From: Phormidesmis sp.
GTDB taxonomy: Bacteria > Cyanobacteriota > Cyanobacteriia > Leptolyngbyales > Leptolyngbyaceae
Length of the DNA stretch: 64,000 bases
Direction: 5' to 3'
NCBI GenBank assembly: GCA_965248535.1
Contig: CBDFJR010000002.1
Coordinates: 64,001 to 128,000 of the forward strand
The notes beneath the pieces are model-generated. The model made no database searches and was not told the origin of the DNA. It saw only the letters and a list, made by a program, of their open reading frames with translations. Below, piece after piece: positions 60,969 through 64,000 of the stretch. Each line of letters starts with the position of its first letter. The first letter of the stretch is position 1. A program made the position numbers and the translations under genes.

Positions 60969-62252
60969 ATGAATGCCCATTATTCTGTTGTTGTAGTTGG
61001 AGGCGGGCAAGCTGGGCTGTCAATTAGCTATTGCTTAACGCAGCGGGGCATTGACCACATTATTTTTGAGAAAAATCAGATCGGATATGCTTGGCGATCG
61101 AGCCGTTGGGATTCGTTTTGTTTGGTGACTCCCAATTGGCAATGCACCCTGCCAGGGCATCCCTATCAGGGTGACGACCCGAATGGGTTTATGCAAAAAA
61201 ATGACATCGTGAAATACATTGAGGACTACGCTGCGTCGTTTAATCCTCCGGTGAAGGAAGGCGTTGCAGTGCTGCGAGTTTGCAAGAATGACGATCGCGG
61301 AGTGTTTGACGTGACCACCTCGATCGGAGACTTCACCGCCGATCAAGTTGTGATTGCAGCCGGGAGCTATCATCGCCCCAAAGTGCCGCGCATGGCTGAA
61401 CGGCTGCCCGCAGAGATTGTGCAATTGCACTCGTCTGGCTATAAAAATCCGCAGGCGCTGCCCGATAAAAGCGTGTTAGTCGTTGGCACCGGGCAATCGG
61501 GCTGTCAGATTGCAGAAGATTTGCATCTGGCGGGCAAAAAAGTTCATCTCTGCGTGGGCGGTGCGCCCCGATCGCCGCGTCGATATCGCGGTAAAGATGC
61601 CGTCGATTGGCTAGAGCAAATGGGCTACTACGACCTATCGATTAATGAGCATCCTCAAAAAGAAAAAGTTAGAAGCAAAGCTAATCACTACCTAACCGGG
61701 CGCGACGGCGGGCGCGAAATTGACCTGCGCCGATTTGCCTTAGAAGGAATGCAGCTACACGGCAGATTGAAACATGTTAGCGATCGCTGCCTCGATTTTT
61801 GGGGCGATCTCAAGCAAAACCTCGACCAAGCCGATGCAGTCTCTGAAAGCATTAAAAAAACTATTGACGAATTCATCACAAGACACCAGATCCAAGCCCC
61901 TACCGAACTGCCTTACCATCCACTCTGGGAGCCAGAAGAAGACATTCTCACTCTAAATTATGAACAGGCGAATATTGGCGCGGTGATCTGGTCTACGGGC
62001 TATGAGTCTGATTTTAGTTGGGTTGAGGTTCCGGTGTTTGATGGCAAGGGTTATCCGGGGCACGATCGGGGAGTCACTCAACTTGAAGGACTCTACTTTT
62101 TAGGGTTGCCGTGGCTCTATACCTGGGGTTCGGGCAGGTTTTCAGGAGTTGCTCGCGATGCTAACTATGTGGCCGATTACATTGTGTCGAGAAAGAAATC
62201 ATCACCGTCTAGTGCGTGGAGCATTGTGAATGAATTTTTAATCGGCTCATAG
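60969..62252 (+). CDS. nitH: Nit1C flavin-dependent oxidoreductase (MSMEG_0569 family)
   Basis: GGGQAG, RWDSFCLVTPNW, GTGQSG, GLPWLYTWGSGRFSGV; precedes nitB/nitC; start taken at ATG 60969. Confidence 0.88.
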   Translation: MNAHYSVVVVGGGQAGLSISYCLTQRGIDHIIFEKNQIGYAWRSSRWDSFCLVTPNWQCTLPGHPYQGDDPNGFMQKNDIVKYIEDYAASFNPPVKEGVAVLRVCKNDDRGVFDVTTSIGDFTADQVVIAAGSYHRPKVPRMAERLPAEIVQLHSSGYKNPQALPDKSVLVVGTGQSGCQIAEDLHLAGKKVHLCVGGAPRSPRRYRGKDAVDWLEQMGYYDLSINEHPQKEKVRSKANHYLTGRDGGREIDLRRFALEGMQLHGRLKHVSDRCLDFWGDLKQNLDQADAVSESIKKTIDEFITRHQIQAPTELPYHPLWEPEEDILTLNYEQANIGAVIWSTGYESDFSWVEVPVFDGKGYPGHDRGVTQLEGLYFLGLPWLYTWGSGRFSGVARDANYVADYIVSRKKSSPSSAWSIVNEFLIGS

Positions 62253-62363
62253 AATCTAGTCATCAAAAACCTATCGATTTAGACAGGTTTTCGATGATCA
62301 CTACCGCTTATTTTTAGCGTTCTCATCGTCACCCCTAGTCATATAACTAGACCTACAACTTTC

Positions 62364-62406
62364 GTATTCACAAATACAAAATATCTCGATCGCCAGAGCT
62401 TACTGT
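62364..62406 (+). promoter_or_regulatory. NtcA-activated promoter of nitB-nitC
   Basis: Perfect GTA-TTCACAAA-TAC then TACTGT (TAN3T) 23 nt downstream. Confidence 0.75.
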
Positions 62407-62443
62407 GGCATCACATCAGTCTGTTAGAGATAAGGAGACAATC

Positions 62444-62926
62444 ATGCCTGAAATTACTGCTCCCGCTCATCAGGTTGGCGATTTCTTTGTTGATTATGAA
62501 GAGAAAGTCTTTCCCGATGTCAAAGCCGATCCCGGTGAGAAAGCCTTAGTCACATTCCACACGGTGGCTTTTGAAGGCTCGATCGGGTTAGTCAATTTAT
62601 TACAAGCCACTCGCTTGCTTCGCAAAGGCTTTGAAACTTCAATCTTGTTATATGGCCCTGGCGTAACCTTGGGCATTCAGCGTGGCTTTCCTAAAATTGG
62701 TGACGAACCGTTTCCAGGCCAGCAGAATTTTAATAACCAACTCAGTAAATTTATGTCTGAGGGTGGCAAGGTCTATGCGTGTCGCTTTGCGTTGCAAGCG
62801 CTGTATGGTCACGGTGAGCCTTCTTTAATTCCTGGCATTCGTCCAATCAGTCCCCTTGATGTTTTAGATATTATTCTAATGCACCGCAAAGACGGCGCAT
62901 TTATCCTTGACACCTGGACACTTTAG
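62444..62926 (+). CDS. nitB: Nit1C nitrogen-starvation protein (MSMEG_0572/Sll0783 family, DsrE-like)
   Basis: [41 protein letters not shown]. Confidence 0.9.
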   Translation: MPEITAPAHQVGDFFVDYEEKVFPDVKADPGEKALVTFHTVAFEGSIGLVNLLQATRLLRKGFETSILLYGPGVTLGIQRGFPKIGDEPFPGQQNFNNQLSKFMSEGGKVYACRFALQALYGHGEPSLIPGIRPISPLDVLDIILMHRKDGAFILDTWTL

Positions 62927-62973
62927 GCGATTTTCAACTAGGGGACGTTCAGCGCTTTTCTCAGGAGGAAGTT

Positions 62974-63978
62974 GTGAATTATTCGCGCACAGTTCGGGCG
63001 GCTGCGGTTCAAATCAGTCCAGTTTTGTTTAGTCGAGAGGGCACGATCGAAAAGGTGCTGACCGCGATCGCCAATGCAGCCAAAGAAGGTGCTCAACTAG
63101 TGGTATTTCCAGAAACGATCGTCCCCTATTATCCCTATTTCTCATTTGTGCAGCCGCCCGTTCTGATGGGCAAAGAACACATGCGGCTGTATGAAGAGTC
63201 TGTGCAGGTTCCCAGTCCGGCAACGGATGCCGTGAGTCAAGCCGCCCGATCGCACCAGGTTGTGGTTGTGTTGGGCATCAACGAGCGTGATGGTGGCTCT
63301 CTCTATAACACTCAACTGGTGTTTGATGCTGATGGCAGTCTGCTGCTCAAGCGACGCAAAATTACGCCCACTTATCACGAGCGCATGGTGTGGGGTCAAG
63401 GCGACGGTGCCGGACTCAAAGTGGTGGATAGCGCGATCGGAAAAATCGGTGCCCTTGCCTGCTGGGAGCATTACAATCCGCTGGCTCGATTTGCGCTGAT
63501 GGCACAGTCTGAACAGATTCACTGTGGTCAGTTTCCGGGTTCGCTGGTGGGTCAAATCTTCGCGGATCAGATCGAGGTGACGATTCGCCATCACGCTTTA
63601 GAATCAGGCTGTTTTGTCGTCAATGCAACAGGTTGGTTATCACCAGAACAAGTGGCCCAAGTCACGCTAGATGAAACCCTACAGCGAACGCTAAAAGGAG
63701 GCTGCTATACCGCTATTATTGGGCCCGAAGGAACGCATCTTTGTCCACCAATTATTGATGGAGAGGGCATGGCGATCGCGGATCTCGATTTCTCGCTGAT
63801 CACCAAACGCAAACGCATGATGGACTCGATCGGGCATTACTCTCGACCCGATCTGCTGCAACTACAGCATAATTCAAGCGCGTGGTCAGTGATAACTGAG
63901 CCATTAAAATCCGATTCAACTAGCGTTCACACCTCTGAAGACAATGGTGTTATCAATCAGAATCTAACTTCTGTCTGA
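62974..63978 (+). CDS. nitC: Nit6803-type nitrilase
   Basis: Catalytic triad FPE, RRKITPT, ACWEH; GHYSRP. Confidence 0.93.
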   Translation: MNYSRTVRAAAVQISPVLFSREGTIEKVLTAIANAAKEGAQLVVFPETIVPYYPYFSFVQPPVLMGKEHMRLYEESVQVPSPATDAVSQAARSHQVVVVLGINERDGGSLYNTQLVFDADGSLLLKRRKITPTYHERMVWGQGDGAGLKVVDSAIGKIGALACWEHYNPLARFALMAQSEQIHCGQFPGSLVGQIFADQIEVTIRHHALESGCFVVNATGWLSPEQVAQVTLDETLQRTLKGGCYTAIIGPEGTHLCPPIIDGEGMAIADLDFSLITKRKRMMDSIGHYSRPDLLQLQHNSSAWSVITEPLKSDSTSVHTSEDNGVINQNLTSV

Positions 63979-63987
63979 CGATTGATT

Positions 63988-64000
63988 ATGGAAACAAAAC
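63988..64000 (+). CDS. Probable start of the next Nit1C gene (radical SAM NitD expected), truncated
   Basis: ATG GAA ACA AAA 9 nt after the nitC stop; identity inferred only from usual gene order. Confidence 0.3.

Noticed and set aside
87..63594. Many short overlapping or antisense ORFs in the track (e.g. 4604..4993, 8414..8884, 43866..44057, 63142..63594)
   Set aside because: They are shadows of well-supported genes or span repeats, with no protein motifs
1..64000. CRISPR array, tRNA or rRNA genes
   Set aside because: No regularly spaced repeats or structural RNA signatures seen by eye
1..64000. Abundant GCGATCGC as a novel repeat
   Set aside because: This is the well-known cyanobacterial HIP1

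Overview
A 64-kb chromosomal window from a cyanobacterium. Evidence: very frequent HIP1 GCGATCGC and photosynthesis genes bciB, chlG, petP, psb35 and a Rubisco activase. The style suggests a Leptolyngbya/Phormidesmis-like filament (inference). About 1-16 kb is mostly housekeeping (rsmB, PBP1A, hisF, exbBD). It is followed by a PEP-CTERM protein and a hopanoid side-chain operon (hpnJ-EamA-hpnI-hpnK-hpnI). Next come a stand-alone zinc deaminase plus Imm1-type immunity pair, a TPR-double glycosyltransferase broken by three indels, and msrB with a FIST/NosP-histidine kinase pair. A small island carries a Doc TA pair, a pentapeptide gene and a decayed ISL3. After it lie a divergent SAM halogenase/hydrolase-family gene, metK and thiD, and an ~19-kb Wzx/Wzy exopolysaccharide locus with unusual tailoring genes (acyltransferase, ATP-grasp, tandem GT87, GH12). 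The window ends at the start of a Nit1C nitrilase cluster with two NtcA-type promoters. Several MITEs and REP-like palindromes are visible. Five single-base frameshifts in three otherwise intact genes may be sequencing errors. Most promising leads: the deaminase-Imm1 module with no secretion domain, the motif-divergent SAM-cleaving enzyme, the GT87/ATP-grasp EPS tailoring set and a degenerate histidine kinase. All family calls come from motif recognition by eye; no database searches were run.
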